Assembly (NCBI GenBank): GCA_040954595.2
Contig: CM082594.2
Coordinates: forward strand, 2,436,247 to 2,500,246
Direction: 5' to 3'
Length of the DNA: 64,000 nt
DNA from: Balanoglossus misakiensis
Lineage: Eukaryota > Animalia > Hemichordata
A program made the translations under genes and the position numbers. Every line of letters begins with the position of its first letter. The first letter of the stretch is position 1. Shown here piece after piece: positions 63,437-64,000 of the stretch. The notes beneath the pieces are model-generated. The model was not told where the DNA came from. It saw nothing but the letters and a program-made list of their open reading frames with translations, and searched no databases.

Positions 63437-64000
63437 CATCAGCTTGAGAATCTTGCTGCAATATGGATGCTGCCCGTGGCATTCGGGTTCGGCCACTCCA
63501 CTAACACGGCGAACACGGAATCCATTATGTTCGCCTTTTGCGTGTGTGCAGTAGAAGTCACCATTGCCAGCAGGAGAAAGCTGATGAAGGTTGCTACCTT
63601 CGCCATGGCGAGGAATTAAGTCAGTTTACCAATGGCAGTCACATTGCACTCACATGAGAATCGGCTGTTGTATTTAATGAGTGTACCCCCGTACCTAAGG
63701 CAAACACCACACACAATACAATGCATGTAGAGAAAAGGGAAAGTTGACACACTGTCCAACCACTACCGGTATTACGCAGTGGTTGCCCATGACGATCAAT
63801 AATAGGAAAGCGAAACTATCCCTTGCATGTTAAGAGTTAACCCATTCAAACGCTCTGGAGGGGCAAGTCCCTCCAATTCAACGCGTACATGTACACGTAT
63901 GCTGGTAGAGAGACAAACGTTAACGAGGGATATGAATGGACAATTTTCATGAGCTATATATATATAACCCATGAAAAACGTCCAAAAATGACAGAATGGC

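Larger units (their letters stand above)
38003..64000. repeat. tandem segmental array: unit A 38003-51272, unit B 51273-63023, unit C 63024 to beyond 64000
   Basis: The junction ggtcaacgtccgaagg recurs at 38003, 51273 and 63024. SULT and Ngaro features are offset by 11,751 bp. Unit A is longer mainly because of a private 1.9-kb insertion. Confidence 0.92.

Overview
AT-rich eukaryotic (invertebrate animal-like) genomic DNA with GT-AG introns and no prokaryotic features. The left half holds three things: (i) the N-terminus of a Sola2-like transposase that runs off the window edge and is missing from the ORF track; (ii) the last two coding exons of a DNAJA (Hsp40) gene, whose 3' region carries nested MITEs; (iii) a convergent four-exon sacsin-like gene (about 4388 aa, 12.8-kb coding exon, 3x SRR + J + HEPN, apparently no UBL). 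The right half is a recently amplified mosaic. It has three intact and one 5'-truncated intronless cytosolic sulfotransferase copies, a 3.45-kb tandem duplication, and a tandem array with 11,751-bp periodicity. Each array unit carries a dead Ngaro-type tyrosine-recombinase retrotransposon with split direct repeats, a PAN/apple exon fragment, a 55-codon signal-peptide ORF and a SULT gene. Many non-autonomous DNA transposons are resolved by TIR and TSD, some confirmed by an empty paralogous site. These include a 1.9-kb element with CAG termini and a 5-bp TSD that does not fit the common superfamilies. All coordinates were read by eye and family assignments come from motif recognition, not database searches.
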